This document shows positions 1 to 10,874 of a stretch of 32,000 nucleotides of DNA, one piece after another (the stretch's first letter is position 1; each line of letters begins with the position of its first letter). The DNA is from Cupriavidus necator (lineage in GTDB: Bacteria; Pseudomonadota; Gammaproteobacteria; Burkholderiales; Burkholderiaceae): contig NZ_CP066018.1 in assembly GCF_016127575.1 (NCBI RefSeq), forward strand, positions 3,000,001-3,032,000, given 5' to 3'. Below the pieces are notes generated by a model. The model was given only the letters and a program-made list of their open reading frames with translations. It searched no databases and was not told where the DNA came from. Both the position numbers and the translations under genes were made by a program.

Positions 1-726
1 TCGGCGCCGCTGGTCGGCAATGGCCTGGTGGTGGTGCGCACCACCGACACGCGCGTATTCGGCCTGGACGCCGAGACCGGCGAGCGCCGCTGGATCTACC
101 AGCGTTCGCAGACGCCGCTGAACCTGCGCGCGGCGATGGGGATGGTGTTTGCCGGCGACGGCATCGTGATGGGCTTCCCCGGCGGCAAGCTGGGCGTGCT
201 GACGCCGGGCAACGGCGTGCTGCGCTGGGAGAGTGCGGTCTCGTACCCGAAGGGCGTGTCGGAGATCGAGCGCCTGAACGACGTCACCGGCCTGCCGATG
301 GTGAGCGGGCGCCAGGTCTGCGCCACCACCTTCCAGGGCCGGGTGGCCTGCCTGGAACTGGCCAGCGGGCAGCCGCAGTGGGGCAAGGATTTCTCGTCGC
401 CGAGCGGCCCGGCGCAGGATGACAATGCAATTTACGCCAGCGACGAGCAGTCGGTCGTGCATGCGTTCGACCGCCAGAACGGCAACGAGCGCTGGAAGAA
501 CAACGACCTGCGCAATCGCCGCCTGGGCGCGCCGCTGGCCCTGGGCCGCTCGGTGGTAATGGGCGACTTTGAAGGTTATGTACACTTCCTGTCGCGCGAA
601 GACGGCCAGGTCATCGCACGCATGAAGACCGATGGCAGTGCCATCACCGCCGCGCCCGTGGTGGCGGGGCAGACCCTGGTAATCCAGACCCGCGACGGCG
701 ACGTCTACGGTTTCCAGCCTGGCTGA
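1..726 (+). CDS. bamB: Outer membrane protein assembly factor BamB, C-terminal part (5' end outside window)
   Basis: Frame 1 is open from base 1 to TGA 724-726. The product has repeated PQQ-like beta-propeller blades ([38 protein letters not shown]). It lies directly upstream of der, the conserved bamB-der arrangement. Confidence 0.85.
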   Translation, partial: SAPLVGNGLVVVRTTDTRVFGLDAETGERRWIYQRSQTPLNLRAAMGMVFAGDGIVMGFPGGKLGVLTPGNGVLRWESAVSYPKGVSEIERLNDVTGLPMVSGRQVCATTFQGRVACLELASGQPQWGKDFSSPSGPAQDDNAIYASDEQSVVHAFDRQNGNERWKNNDLRNRRLGAPLALGRSVVMGDFEGYVHFLSREDGQVIARMKTDGSAITAAPVVAGQTLVIQTRDGDVYGFQPG

Positions 727-946
727 CAGGAATCCAATGCGCGCTGCCGTACACCTGTCGGTACGGCCAGCGCCGAATCCGGTAGCATGATCCTTAGCGC
801 GGCAATTGCAGCGGGTCCGTTGACCCGGCGCCGCGCCCGACAGGACAAGCGGCAGACCGCGCCCTAGGTGGCGCGGCGTGCCGTCGGATCCATTGACTCC
901 GGAGTTACCGGGGGGCGGCGTGCCGGCCCCCGTTTCCGTTTATTGC

Positions 947-2290
947 ATGAAACCAGTTATCGCACTTGTCGGCCGCCCCAATGTGGGCAAGTCGACGCTA
1001 TTTAACCGCATGACCCGATCGCGCGACGCCCTTGTCGCCGACCTGCCGGGCCTGACGCGCGACCGCCATTACGGGGAAGGGCGCATCGGCGAACGTCCGT
1101 TCATCGCCATCGATACTGGCGGCTTCGAGCCGGTGGTCAAGGAAGGCATCGTCGCCGAGATGGCCAAGCAGACCAAGCAGGCCGTGGTCGAGGCTGACGT
1201 GGTGATCTTCATCGTCGACGGCCGCCTGGGCCTGGCGCCGCAGGACCGCGCCATCGCCGACTACCTGCGCAAGACCGGACGGCGCATCATGCTGGCGGTC
1301 AACAAGGCCGAGGGCATGAAGTACACCTCGGTGGCGGCCGACTTCTATGAGCTGGGCATGGGCGATCCGTACGCGATCTCCGCTGCCCACGGCGACGGCG
1401 TGAGCGAACTGGTCGACGAAGCCATCGAACTCGCGGTCCAGGAGCGCCCCGAGCTGGGCGAAGAGATTCCGGACGAAGGCAAGGGCGTCAAGATCGCCAT
1501 CGTCGGGCGCCCCAATGTGGGGAAATCCACGCTGGTCAACACGCTGATCGGCGAAGAGCGCGTGATCGCGTTCGACATGCCCGGCACCACCCGGGATGCC
1601 ATCTACGTGGAGTTCGAGCGCGGCGGCAAGCCCTACACGCTGATCGACACGGCAGGCTTGCGCCGGCGCGGCAAGGTGTTCGAGGCGATCGAGAAGTTCT
1701 CGGTGGTCAAGACGCTGCAGTCGATCGCCGATGCCAATGTGGTGATCCTGCTGCTCGATGCGCAACAGGATATTTCCGACCAGGACGCGCATATCGCCGG
1801 CTTTATCGTGGAATCGGGCCGCGCACTGGTGGTGGGCGTCAATAAATGGGATGGGCTGGACGGCCATACCCGCGACCGCATCAAGCATGACCTGGAACGC
1901 AAGCTGCAATTCCTTAGCTTCGCGAATTTCCATTTTGTCTCGGCACGCGAGCGTACCGGCATTGGCGCGCTGATGCGTTCGGTCGATGACGCGTTCGCCG
2001 CGGCCATGGTCAAGCTGCCGACGCCGCAGCTCACGCGTGTGCTGCAGGAAGCGGTGGAATTCCAGCAGCCCAAGCGGGTCGGCGCGTCGCGGCCCAAGCT
2101 GCGCTACGCGCACCAGGGCGGCTCGAATCCGCCCATTATCGTGATCCACGGCAATGCGCTCTCGGGCGTTGCGGAAACCTACCGGCGCTACCTGGAAAAT
2201 CGTTTCCGTACGGCATTCAAGCTAAAGGGCACCCCTCTTCGCATCGAATTTCGTACGAACAAAAATCCGTACGCGGACTCGAAGGATTGA
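947..2290 (+). CDS. der: Ribosome-associated GTPase Der/EngA (double GTPase domain)
   Basis: Two tandem G domains, each with the P-loop [17 protein letters not shown] and NKAE/NKWD motifs, plus a KH-like C-terminus. Start set at ATG 947 (MKPVIALVG). The 23 codons further upstream in the track ORF are an unconserved-looking extension. Confidence 0.95.
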   Translation: MKPVIALVGRPNVGKSTLFNRMTRSRDALVADLPGLTRDRHYGEGRIGERPFIAIDTGGFEPVVKEGIVAEMAKQTKQAVVEADVVIFIVDGRLGLAPQDRAIADYLRKTGRRIMLAVNKAEGMKYTSVAADFYELGMGDPYAISAAHGDGVSELVDEAIELAVQERPELGEEIPDEGKGVKIAIVGRPNVGKSTLVNTLIGEERVIAFDMPGTTRDAIYVEFERGGKPYTLIDTAGLRRRGKVFEAIEKFSVVKTLQSIADANVVILLLDAQQDISDQDAHIAGFIVESGRALVVGVNKWDGLDGHTRDRIKHDLERKLQFLSFANFHFVSARERTGIGALMRSVDDAFAAAMVKLPTPQLTRVLQEAVEFQQPKRVGASRPKLRYAHQGGSNPPIIVIHGNALSGVAETYRRYLENRFRTAFKLKGTPLRIEFRTNKNPYADSKD

Positions 2291-2500
2291 GTCCGGAATC
2301 GGATTCCTGGCGGGGCAAGTTTTCGTTTGCGTTCGTTTGGAACTGCGGCTAAATTTGCGGTAGCAGGGGTTCCCTGTGCATTGACGCCGACTTGGTACCG
2401 TTTTTGATCTTTTTTCTGGCGCGTTTTTGCGCCGCCTGACTTGAACCGGGGATTTCCATCCCCATCATTCACCACTAAACCTATAAATTTGGAGTGTGCC

Positions 2501-2740
2501 ATGAGCAACAAAGGGCAACTGCTACAAGGCCCGTTCCTGAACGCGCTGCGCAAAGAGCACGTGCCGGTTTCCATCTACCTCGTCAATGGCATCAAGCTGC
2601 AAGGCAATATCGAATCGTTCGACCAGTATGTCGTCCTGCTGCGCAACACCGTGACGCAGATGGTCTACAAGCATGCGATTTCCACTGTCGTTCCTGCGCG
2701 CGCGGTCAATTTCCGCGTGGATGACGCCGCCGAGGCCTGA
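2501..2740 (+). CDS. hfq: RNA chaperone Hfq (79 aa)
   Basis: [47 protein letters not shown]... is a canonical Sm1/Sm2 Hfq sequence. GGAG at 2491-2494 precedes ATG 2501. Confidence 0.97.
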   Translation: MSNKGQLLQGPFLNALRKEHVPVSIYLVNGIKLQGNIESFDQYVVLLRNTVTQMVYKHAISTVVPARAVNFRVDDAAEA

Positions 2741-2880
2741 TCTCCTTGCGGGCATCGTGCGGGCGCCCCGCGGCGCCGCACCGATGCCCGGCGCCGGTGC
2801 GCCATTGCGCCCGGTGCCGCGCGGCCTGGCGGTTGCCAATGCCGCCACCGCTGCCGCCACGTTCCGCATCATGCGGCGGC

Positions 2881-2904
2881 CTGTCCCGGCAGGGGCCGGG
2901 ACAG
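2881..2904 (+). other. Perfect 10-bp GC-rich stem-loop in the hfq-hflX spacer (possible partial terminator or processing site)
   Basis: CTGTCCCGGC (2881-2890), loop AGGG, GCCGGGACAG (2895-2904) is an exact inverted repeat. No T-tract follows. Confidence 0.4.
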
Positions 2905-2965
2905 TGTCCGACATCCGCCCGCCTTCCCCCTGAACCCGTTTTTCCCTGCGCTTTCGCGCCCGCCC

Positions 2966-4228
2966 TTGGACCCCAGAGCCACTTCAAATACCGCCCCTTC
3001 GCGCGCCATTCTGGTCGGCGTCGACTTCGGCAAGCATGATTTCCAGGAAAGCCTCAGCGAACTGGCGCTGCTGACCTCTACCGCTGGCTCTGTGCCGGTG
3101 CATACGTTGACGGGCCGCCGCTCGCGGCCGGATCCGGCGCTGTTCATCGGCTCGGGCAAGGCCGAGGAGCTGAAGGAGGCCGCCGACGCGCTGGATGCCG
3201 ACGTGGTGGTGTTCAACCACGCCCTGAGCCCGGCACAGCAGCGCAACCTGGAGCGCTTCCTGAACCGCCACGTGATCGACCGCACCGGCCTGATCCTGGA
3301 CATCTTCGGGCAGCGCGCGCAGAGCCACGTGGGCAAGGTGCAGGTGGAGCTGGCGCAGGTCCAGTACCGCGCGTCGCGGCTGGTCCGCGCGTGGAGCCAC
3401 CTGGAGCGGCAGAAGGGCGGCATCGGCATGCGCGGCGGCCCCGGCGAGCGCCAGCTCGAGCTGGACCGGCGCATGCTGGACGAGCGCGCCAAGCGGCTCA
3501 AGTCCGATCTGTCGCGGCTGCAGCGCCAGCACAGCACGCAGCGGCGCGCGCGCGCGCGCAATGACACGCTCAGCATTTCGCTGGTGGGCTATACCAACGC
3601 GGGCAAGTCGACGCTGTTCAATGCGCTGACCAAGGCTGGCGCCTATGCGGCCGACCAGCTGTTCGCCACGCTCGACACCACCTCGCGCCGCCTGTTCCTG
3701 GACGGGCTGGGCAACGTGGTGCTGTCCGACACGGTCGGCTTTATCCGCGACCTGCCCACGCAACTGGTGGCGGCATTCCGCGCCACGCTGGACGAGACCG
3801 TGCATGCCGACCTGCTGCTGCATGTGGTGGATGCATCGAGCCCGGTGCGCCACGAGCAGATCGAGCAGGTCAACCGCGTGCTGGCGGAAATCAACGCGCT
3901 GGACATCCCGCAGATCGTGGTGATGAACAAGATCGATGCCGCGCCCGAGCTGCTGGAGCAGGGCCCGCGCCTGGAGCGCGACGAGGACGGCATCCCCACC
4001 CGCGTGTTCCTGAGCGCGCGCGAGGGCATGGGCCTGGATGCGCTGCGCGAGGCCGTGGTCGAGGTGGCGCAATGGCTGGCCAGCCGCCCGCCCGAGCCGC
4101 AACCCTATGACCCGCGCCTGGCCGACGTGCCCCAGTACGCCGATGCCGGCGATGATGGCAGTGCAGATGAGGGCGGCGTGGCTGACGGCAGCGACGACGC
4201 TGATGCGGGGGATTCGGACAGGCTGTAG
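2966..4228 (+). CDS. hflX: GTPase HflX
   Basis: HflX N-domain signature (DRTGLILDIFGQRAQSHVGKVQVELAQ, LERQKGGIGMRGGPGE). G motifs GYTNAGKST, DTVGF, NKID. Position after hfq. TTG start at 2966 is the longest option and matches the E. coli N-terminal length; the exact start is uncertain. Acidic D/G/A-rich C-terminal tail. Confidence 0.9.
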   Translation: MDPRATSNTAPSRAILVGVDFGKHDFQESLSELALLTSTAGSVPVHTLTGRRSRPDPALFIGSGKAEELKEAADALDADVVVFNHALSPAQQRNLERFLNRHVIDRTGLILDIFGQRAQSHVGKVQVELAQVQYRASRLVRAWSHLERQKGGIGMRGGPGERQLELDRRMLDERAKRLKSDLSRLQRQHSTQRRARARNDTLSISLVGYTNAGKSTLFNALTKAGAYAADQLFATLDTTSRRLFLDGLGNVVLSDTVGFIRDLPTQLVAAFRATLDETVHADLLLHVVDASSPVRHEQIEQVNRVLAEINALDIPQIVVMNKIDAAPELLEQGPRLERDEDGIPTRVFLSAREGMGLDALREAVVEVAQWLASRPPEPQPYDPRLADVPQYADAGDDGSADEGGVADGSDDADAGDSDRL

Positions 4229-4334
4229 CCTGTCAAGTTGCCGTCAGTTCGCCGCCAGTGCTCCGGCCGTTCTGCCCAATCCCGGTGCGATTGCTGCCGG
4301 GATTGCGCGAATTGGCCAAAAGTGGCTCGGATGA

Positions 4335-4343
4335 CTGCTAGAA
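4335..4343 (+). promoter_or_regulatory. Candidate extended -10 element (TGCTAGAAT) upstream of hflK
   Basis: TGnTAGAAT lies about 30-40 nt before the hflK start candidates. No good -35, so this is weak and sequence-only. Confidence 0.3.
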
Positions 4344-4371
4344 TCCCCCTGTTACAAACTTCCCCGGACCC

Positions 4372-5742
4372 GTGCACTTCATGCCCCAGTTTCCCCGGAA
4401 TGCTGATTCGAGCCTGACACCAGGCGGCCGCTTCGCGCTGCGCGCGGGCTGGCAGCGCCTGCGCGCCATCTTCTCGCTGAACGATCCGCGCTGGGGTCGC
4501 AACGGTCAGGACGACGACGACAAGAAGGACGGTCGCGACGACAACCGCCAGCAGAACCAGCGCCCGCAGCAGGACGGCGGCCCGCCCGACCTGGACGAAC
4601 TGTGGCGCGACTTCAACCGCCGCCTGAACGGCCTGCTCGGCCGCAAGGACAACGGCGGCGGCAACAACCAGGGCTTTGGCGGTCCGCGCACGCCGGGCAA
4701 GGGCTCGGGGGTGGGCGCTGGCGTGATCGTCGCGGCCGTGGTCGGCATCTGGCTGGCCAGCGGCTTCTTCATGGTTCAGGAAGGCCAGACCGCGGTGATC
4801 CTGCAGTTCGGCAAGTTCAAGTACTCCACCGGCCCCGGCATCAACTGGCGCATGCCCTGGCCGGTCCAGTCGGCCGAGATCGTCAACCTGTCGGCGGTGC
4901 GTTCGGTCGAGGTGGGGCGCTCCACCTCGATCAAGGACAGCAACCTGAAGGACTCGTCGATGCTGACGCAGGACGAGAACATCATCGACGTGCGCTTTAC
5001 CGTGCAGTACGTGATCCAGGACGCCGGCGAATTCCTGTTCTTCAACAAGACCGACCGCGGTGGCGATGAAGAGCTGGTGACGCAGGCCGCCGAGACCTCG
5101 GTGCGCGAGATCGTCGGCCGCAACAAGATGGACGCGGTGCTGTACGAGAGCCGCGAACAGATCGCGCAGCAACTGGCCAAGTCGATCCAGGCCATCCTGA
5201 CGGCGTACAAGACCGGCATCCGCGTGCTGTCCGTGAACGTGCAGAGCGTGCAGCCGCCCGAGCAGGTGCAGGCCGCGTTCGACGACGTCAACAAGGCCAG
5301 CCAGGACCGCGAGCGCGCGATCAGCGAAGGCCAGGCCTATGCCAATGACATCCTCCCGCGCGCCAAGGGTACCGCGGCGCGCCTGAAGGAAGAGTCCGAA
5401 GCCTACCGCTCCCGCGTGGTGGCGCAGGCCGAGGGCGATGCCTCGCGCTTCCGTTCGGTGCAGACCGAATACGCCAAGGCGCCGCAGGTGACGCGCGACC
5501 GCATCTATCTGGAAACCATGCAGCAGATCTACACCAATTCGACCAAGGTGCTGGTGGACGCGCGCCAGGGCAACAATCTTCTCTACCTGCCGCTGGACAA
5601 GCTGATGGCACAGGCCGACGGCCGCGCTGCGCCGCAGCCGGGCCAACCGGGTGCGGCCAGCCCGCCGGCGTCCGCGCCGGATGCATCGACGGACGCCCGC
5701 TCGCGCGAAGCGCTGCGCAACCGCGACCGCGACTCGCGCTGA
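4372..5742 (+). CDS. hflK: Protease modulator HflK (SPFH/band-7 family)
   Basis: One TM segment (VGAGVIVAAVVGIWLASGFF), then an SPFH domain. Followed 10 nt later by hflC. GTG 4372 or ATG 4381 are both possible starts. Long D/N/Q/G-rich N-terminal region. Confidence 0.9.
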   Translation: MHFMPQFPRNADSSLTPGGRFALRAGWQRLRAIFSLNDPRWGRNGQDDDDKKDGRDDNRQQNQRPQQDGGPPDLDELWRDFNRRLNGLLGRKDNGGGNNQGFGGPRTPGKGSGVGAGVIVAAVVGIWLASGFFMVQEGQTAVILQFGKFKYSTGPGINWRMPWPVQSAEIVNLSAVRSVEVGRSTSIKDSNLKDSSMLTQDENIIDVRFTVQYVIQDAGEFLFFNKTDRGGDEELVTQAAETSVREIVGRNKMDAVLYESREQIAQQLAKSIQAILTAYKTGIRVLSVNVQSVQPPEQVQAAFDDVNKASQDRERAISEGQAYANDILPRAKGTAARLKEESEAYRSRVVAQAEGDASRFRSVQTEYAKAPQVTRDRIYLETMQQIYTNSTKVLVDARQGNNLLYLPLDKLMAQADGRAAPQPGQPGAASPPASAPDASTDARSREALRNRDRDSR

Positions 5743-5752
5743 GGAGACCGTC

Positions 5753-6661
5753 ATGAACCGACTGATTTCCTTCGCGATTGGCTTTTTCATCCTGCTGGCC
5801 GTGGTTTCGTCCATGCTGTTCGTGGTCGACCAGCGCCAGTACGCCGTGGTGTTCGCCTTCGGCCAGATCAAGCAGGTGGTGCGCGAGCCCGGCCTGCACT
5901 TCAAGCTGCCGCCGCCGTTCCAGAACGTGGTGTTCATGGACCGCCGCCTGCAGACCATCGACGTCGCCGCCAACGAGCGTTTCCTGACCGCCGAGAAGAA
6001 GAGCATGGTGGTGGACTGGTTCGTCAAATGGCGCATCACCGATCCGCGCAAGTTCTTCGTGGCCTTCGGCGGCAACCTGCGCGGCGCGCAGGACCGCATG
6101 ACCCAGCGCATCGACTCGGTGGCGCGCGAGGAGTTCGGCAAGCGCACCGTGGCCGACGTGGTCGCCGGCGAGCGCGAGCAGGTGATGCAGGCCATCCGCA
6201 ACGGCATGGCTGAATATGCCAAGTCGGTCGGCGTCGAGATCCTGGACGTGCGCCTCAAGCGCGTTGACCTGCTGCCCGCGATCAGCGAATCGGTGTACCG
6301 CCGCATGGAGGCCGAGCGCAAGCGCGTGGCCAACGAACTGCGCTCAACTGGCGCCGCCGAGGGCGAGAAGATCCGCGCCGATGCCGACCGCCAGCGCGAA
6401 GTGGTGCTGGCCGAGGCCTACCGCGACGCCCAGGTGATCAAGGGCCAGGGCGATGCCAAGGCCTCGCAGATCTATGCCGACGCGTTTGGCCGCGATCCGC
6501 AGTTCGCGCAGTTCTGGCGCAGCATGGAGGCTTACCGCAACACCTTCCGCGACAAGCGCGACGTGCTGGTGCTTGAGCCCAACTCCGAGTTCTTCCGCTA
6601 CATGCGCTCCAGCGGTGGTGCCGCCGCGGCGGCCTCGGGCGGATCCGGAGGCAAGCGCTAG
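5753..6661 (+). CDS. hflC: Protease modulator HflC (SPFH/band-7 family)
   Basis: MNRLISFAIGFFILLAVV TM segment plus an SPFH domain. GAGGAG at 5741-5746 precedes ATG 5753. The upstream part of the track ORF overlaps the hflK end and is rejected. Confidence 0.93.
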   Translation: MNRLISFAIGFFILLAVVSSMLFVVDQRQYAVVFAFGQIKQVVREPGLHFKLPPPFQNVVFMDRRLQTIDVAANERFLTAEKKSMVVDWFVKWRITDPRKFFVAFGGNLRGAQDRMTQRIDSVAREEFGKRTVADVVAGEREQVMQAIRNGMAEYAKSVGVEILDVRLKRVDLLPAISESVYRRMEAERKRVANELRSTGAAEGEKIRADADRQREVVLAEAYRDAQVIKGQGDAKASQIYADAFGRDPQFAQFWRSMEAYRNTFRDKRDVLVLEPNSEFFRYMRSSGGAAAAASGGSGGKR

Positions 6662-6692
6662 CACCGTCGCTTGTCCGTGTGGCGAATTGACG

Positions 6693-6716
6693 AAACCCCG
6701 GCTTGCCGGGGTTTTG
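6693..6716 (+). terminator. Intrinsic terminator after hflC
   Basis: AAACCCCGG (6693-6701), loop CTTG, CCGGGGTTT (6706-6714), followed by T. Confidence 0.7.
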
Positions 6717-6826
6717 TCCGGCTGGAGCCATCCTCGCCGGGTGATGGCGCGGGCGCGTGGCGCCTGCGATGACGTTTCTGGTCAAGGACCGGTGCCTTGG
6801 GGCATTGCCTCGCGAGGTGGTCCGAA

Positions 6827-6856
6827 TGACTGAGAAGAGATTGACTGAGAAGAGAT
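6827..6856 (+). repeat. Perfect 15-bp tandem duplication (TGACTGAGAAGAGAT x2) just upstream of hisZ
   Basis: Bases 6827-6841 are identical to 6842-6856. The repeat ends 5 nt before the hisZ ATG. Confidence 0.9.
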
Positions 6857-6861
6857 TCACT

Positions 6862-8013
6862 ATGTCCAACCATTGGCTGCTGCCAGAAAACATTGCCGAC
6901 GTGCTGCCGTCGGAAGCGCGCAAGATCGAAGAACTGCGCCGCCGCATGCTGGACCTGTTCCGCACCTACGGCTATGAGCTGGTGATGCCGCCGATGCTGG
7001 AATACCTGGAGTCGCTGCTGACCGGCACCGGCCATGACCTGGACCTGCGCACGCTCAAGCTGGTGGACCAGCTGTCGGGCCGCACCATGGGCCTGCGTGC
7101 AGATATCACGCCGCAGGTGGCGCGCATCGACGCGCACCTGCTGAACCGCCCGGGCGTGACCCGCCTGTGCTACGCGGGCAACGTGCTGCATGCGCGCCCG
7201 GCGGGCTTCCACGCCACGCGCGAGCCGATCCAGATCGGCGCCGAGATCTATGGCCATGCCGGCCTGGAAGCCGACATCGAGATCCAGGACCTGATGCTGG
7301 CCGCGCTGCAGGCGGCGGGGTTGTCCGATGTCCGCATCGACATGTGCCATGCCGGCATCCTGGAAGCGCTGCTGGCGGGCCTGCCGTCGATCCGCAAGAT
7401 CGAGGACGCGCTCTTTGCCGCGCTGGAAACCAAGGATGTGCCGGCCCTGCGCGAACTGACCGTGGGTATGCCGCAGACCGAGCGCGATGCGCTGCTGGCG
7501 CTGCCGACGCTGTACGGCGGCGTGGACGTGATCGATCGCGCGCGCGCGACGCTGCCGGCCAGCCCGGCCATCGGCCGCGCGCTGGACGAACTGGCGGCAC
7601 TGGCGGTGCAGGTGCGCGGAGCCAGCGTGAATATCGACCTGTCGGATTTGCGCGGTTACCACTATCACAGTGGCGTGATGTTCGCGGCCTATGTTGCTGG
7701 CCTGCCCAATTACGTGGCGCGCGGCGGCCGTTACGACAAGGTGGGCGAGGCCTTCGGCCGTGCGCGCCCGGCCACGGGTTTCTCGCTGGATCTGCGAGAA
7801 GTGGCGGCGCTGTCGCCCGTGGAAGTGCGCGCCCAGGCGATTTTTGCGCCCTGGGATGCGGATCCGGCACTCCGGGCCGCGATTTCCGCGCTGCGCGCGG
7901 CCGGCGAGATCGTGATCCAGTCGCTGCCCGGCCATACCCACGAGCTCGATGAATTCAACTGCGACCGGCAGCTGGTGCGCCAGGATGCCGGCTGGGCCGT
8001 GGTGCCGCGCTGA
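6862..8013 (+). CDS. hisZ: ATP phosphoribosyltransferase regulatory subunit HisZ
   Basis: Class-II aaRS-like HisZ sequence ([16 protein letters not shown]...[17 protein letters not shown]...GRYD). Conserved hflC-hisZ-purA synteny. Start at ATG 6862. Confidence 0.9.
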   Translation: MSNHWLLPENIADVLPSEARKIEELRRRMLDLFRTYGYELVMPPMLEYLESLLTGTGHDLDLRTLKLVDQLSGRTMGLRADITPQVARIDAHLLNRPGVTRLCYAGNVLHARPAGFHATREPIQIGAEIYGHAGLEADIEIQDLMLAALQAAGLSDVRIDMCHAGILEALLAGLPSIRKIEDALFAALETKDVPALRELTVGMPQTERDALLALPTLYGGVDVIDRARATLPASPAIGRALDELAALAVQVRGASVNIDLSDLRGYHYHSGVMFAAYVAGLPNYVARGGRYDKVGEAFGRARPATGFSLDLREVAALSPVEVRAQAIFAPWDADPALRAAISALRAAGEIVIQSLPGHTHELDEFNCDRQLVRQDAGWAVVPR

Positions 8014-8040
8014 CGCTTGGGCGCCGGGCGTGCCCAAAAA

Positions 8041-8070
8041 TCGAGAATCGCCCGGCAACAAGAGTAGAAT
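8041..8070 (+). promoter_or_regulatory. Candidate sigma-70 promoter for purA (TCGAGA-N18-TAGAAT)
   Basis: -10 TAGAAT at 8065-8070, 28 nt before ATG 8099. -35-like TCGAGA at 8041-8046. Motif match only. Confidence 0.35.
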
Positions 8071-8080
8071 ACGTTTTTAA

Positions 8081-9439
<1,359 letters not shown>

Positions 9440-9501
9440 CCCGGCAGCAGCCCACCACCAGGCTGCGGCGCCACGAGCGCTGCGGCCCGCCAGAAATAAA
9501 T

Positions 9502-9521
9502 CGGCCCGCGCAAGCGGGCCG
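9502..9521 (+). terminator. Stem-loop after purA (weak terminator candidate)
   Basis: CGGCCCGC, loop GCAA, GCGGGCCG. Perfect 8-bp stem with no T-tract. Confidence 0.35.
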
Positions 9522-9564
9522 AGCCATATCGGTCAACCGACCCGACGATACAAAGAGTAAAACG

Positions 9565-10131
9565 ATGAACCTGCCAACGAACGATGACGAGAACCTGTGG
9601 GTCTCCTGGGACGAATACCATCGCCTGATCGCACGCCTGTCGCTGAACGTGCATGAGTCGGGCTGGAAGTTCGACAAGATCCTGTGCCTGGCGCGCGGCG
9701 GGCTGCGCGTGGGCGACCAGATGTCGCGCATCTTCGACGTGCCGCTGGCCATCCTGGCCACCAGCAGCTACCGCGAGGCCGCGGGCACGCAGCAGGGCAA
9801 CCTGGACATCGCTCAGTACATCACCATGACCCGCGGCGAACTGACGGGCAGGGTGCTGCTGGTCGACGACCTGGTGGATTCGGGCATCACGCTGGAACGT
9901 GTGGGCCGCCACCTGAAGGAACGCTATCCGGCCGTGACCGAGGTGCGTTCGGCCGTGCTGTGGTACAAGGCGTGCTCGAAGGTCGAGCCGGACTACCACG
10001 TGACCTTCCTGCCGTCGAACCCGTGGATCCACCAGCCGTTCGAAGAGTACGACACGCTGCGCCCGCACAACCTGGCCGCCTGGCTCAAGCGCGGCAAGCG
10101 CGCCAGCCAGGACGACGGCGCGCAGGCCTGA
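9565..10131 (+). CDS. Type I phosphoribosyltransferase family protein (Gpt-like purine PRT)
   Basis: PRPP-binding motif VLLVDDLVDSGITL, 188 aa. Start at ATG 9565. The track ORF upstream of that overlaps the purA end. Confidence 0.8.
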   Translation: MNLPTNDDENLWVSWDEYHRLIARLSLNVHESGWKFDKILCLARGGLRVGDQMSRIFDVPLAILATSSYREAAGTQQGNLDIAQYITMTRGELTGRVLLVDDLVDSGITLERVGRHLKERYPAVTEVRSAVLWYKACSKVEPDYHVTFLPSNPWIHQPFEEYDTLRPHNLAAWLKRGKRASQDDGAQA

Positions 10132-10179
10132 TGCGCTTGTGCCGGGGCCTGCCGCTACGGGCGGCCCCCGGCGGCCGGC

Positions 10180-10791
10180 TTAATAGCCGACCGTGAAACG
10201 CTGGCGCGAATGCGCCGGCTTTTCGATCTCATCGAGCATCGCGATGGCATAGTCTTCCATCGAGATCCAGCTCTTGCCTGCTGCGTCGCTCAGCAGGTTT
10301 TCCTCGCCAACGCGGAACTTTCCGGTACGCTCGCCCGGCTCGAACAGTGCCGACGGCGACAGGAAGGTCCAGTCGATCTGTTGTTCGCCGCGCAGCGCGT
10401 TGAGGAAGTCGCGGCCTGCGAGGGCTTCGGGCTTGTAGGCATCGGGGAAGTTCGGGGTGTCGACCAATTGCACCCCCGGCGCGACATGGAGGCTGCCGGC
10501 GCCACCCACCACCAGCAGGCGCGGCACGCCGGCCTGGCGCACGGCCGAGGTCACCTGCTGCGCGTTCAGCTGCGCAAAGCGCGCGCTGCTGATGACCACG
10601 TCGTTGCCGGCCAGGGCGGCAGCCAGTGCGGCGCCGTCGGCGCCGTCCACGTCCGCGGTGGTCACGCCGTCGCGTGCGGGCAGTTTGCTGGCCTGGCGCG
10701 CAATGGCGGTCACCTGGTGGCCGCGGCGCAGGGCTTCGTCGGTCAGGCGCGTGCCAACACGGCCGGTGGCGCCGATGATTGCGATCTTCAT
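10180..10791 (-). CDS. NAD(P)H-binding, NmrA/atypical-SDR-type oxidoreductase
   Basis: N-terminal Rossmann motif MKIAIIGATGRVG. AAGGAG at 10797-10802 (- strand) plus a 5-nt spacer favours ATG 10791 over the GTG at 10797. Confidence 0.85.
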   Translation of the reverse strand: MKIAIIGATGRVGTRLTDEALRRGHQVTAIARQASKLPARDGVTTADVDGADGAALAAALAGNDVVISSARFAQLNAQQVTSAVRQAGVPRLLVVGGAGSLHVAPGVQLVDTPNFPDAYKPEALAGRDFLNALRGEQQIDWTFLSPSALFEPGERTGKFRVGEENLLSDAAGKSWISMEDYAIAMLDEIEKPAHSRQRFTVGY

Positions 10792-10816
10792 GGTCACTCC
10801 TTCTTTCGGTCAGGTT

Positions 10817-10843
10817 GATATGAAACCATTGTGGTTACATATC
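10817..10843. promoter_or_regulatory. Operator-like imperfect palindrome, site A (GATATGAAACCA-TTG-TGGTTACATATC)
   Basis: 12-bp arms matching 11/12. The 25-nt core 10818-10842 shares 20 of 25 aligned positions with site B at 11318-11342. It lies between the Rrf2 gene terminator and the oxidoreductase SD. Confidence 0.5.
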
Positions 10844-10848
10844 GGGGC

Positions 10849-10874
10849 AAAAAAATTCAGCGCTTGCGGCGCTG
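10849..10874 (-). terminator. Intrinsic terminator overlapping the 3' end of the Rrf2 gene
   Basis: On the - strand: CAGCGC, loop CGCAA, GCGCTG, then AATTTTTTT. The TGA stop lies in the 3' arm. Confidence 0.6.

Noticed and set aside
878-946. Upstream extensions of track ORFs for der (878), hfq (2441), hflC (5651), hisZ (6757), the phosphoribosyltransferase (9304), rlmB (14445), tal (17142) and the rhodanese (29307).
   Set aside because: In each case an internal ATG reproduces the conserved family N-terminus. For hfq, hflC and glnA an SD sits in front of that ATG. The extensions overlap neighbouring genes or terminators.
2673-2933. ORFs of 86-130 aa in several frames across the hfq-hflX spacer.
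   Set aside because: They overlap each other and the hfq 3' end. Their translations are A/P/R-rich low-complexity sequence and no start-site signals are present, so they are most likely consequences of GC richness.
4338-4343. Recurrent TAGAAT hexamers 28-37 nt upstream of four start codons (4338, 8065, 23958, 31229), considered as a shared special motif.
   Set aside because: TAGAAT is simply a good sigma-70 -10 variant, and the flanks share nothing else. I treat them as ordinary candidate -10 boxes; some are listed as low-confidence features.
10140-10172. GC-rich inverted repeat between the convergent phosphoribosyltransferase and oxidoreductase genes, as a possible terminator.
   Set aside because: The arms pair only imperfectly (GCCGGGGC versus GCCCCCGGC needs a bulge) and there is no U-tract, which is too weak to call.
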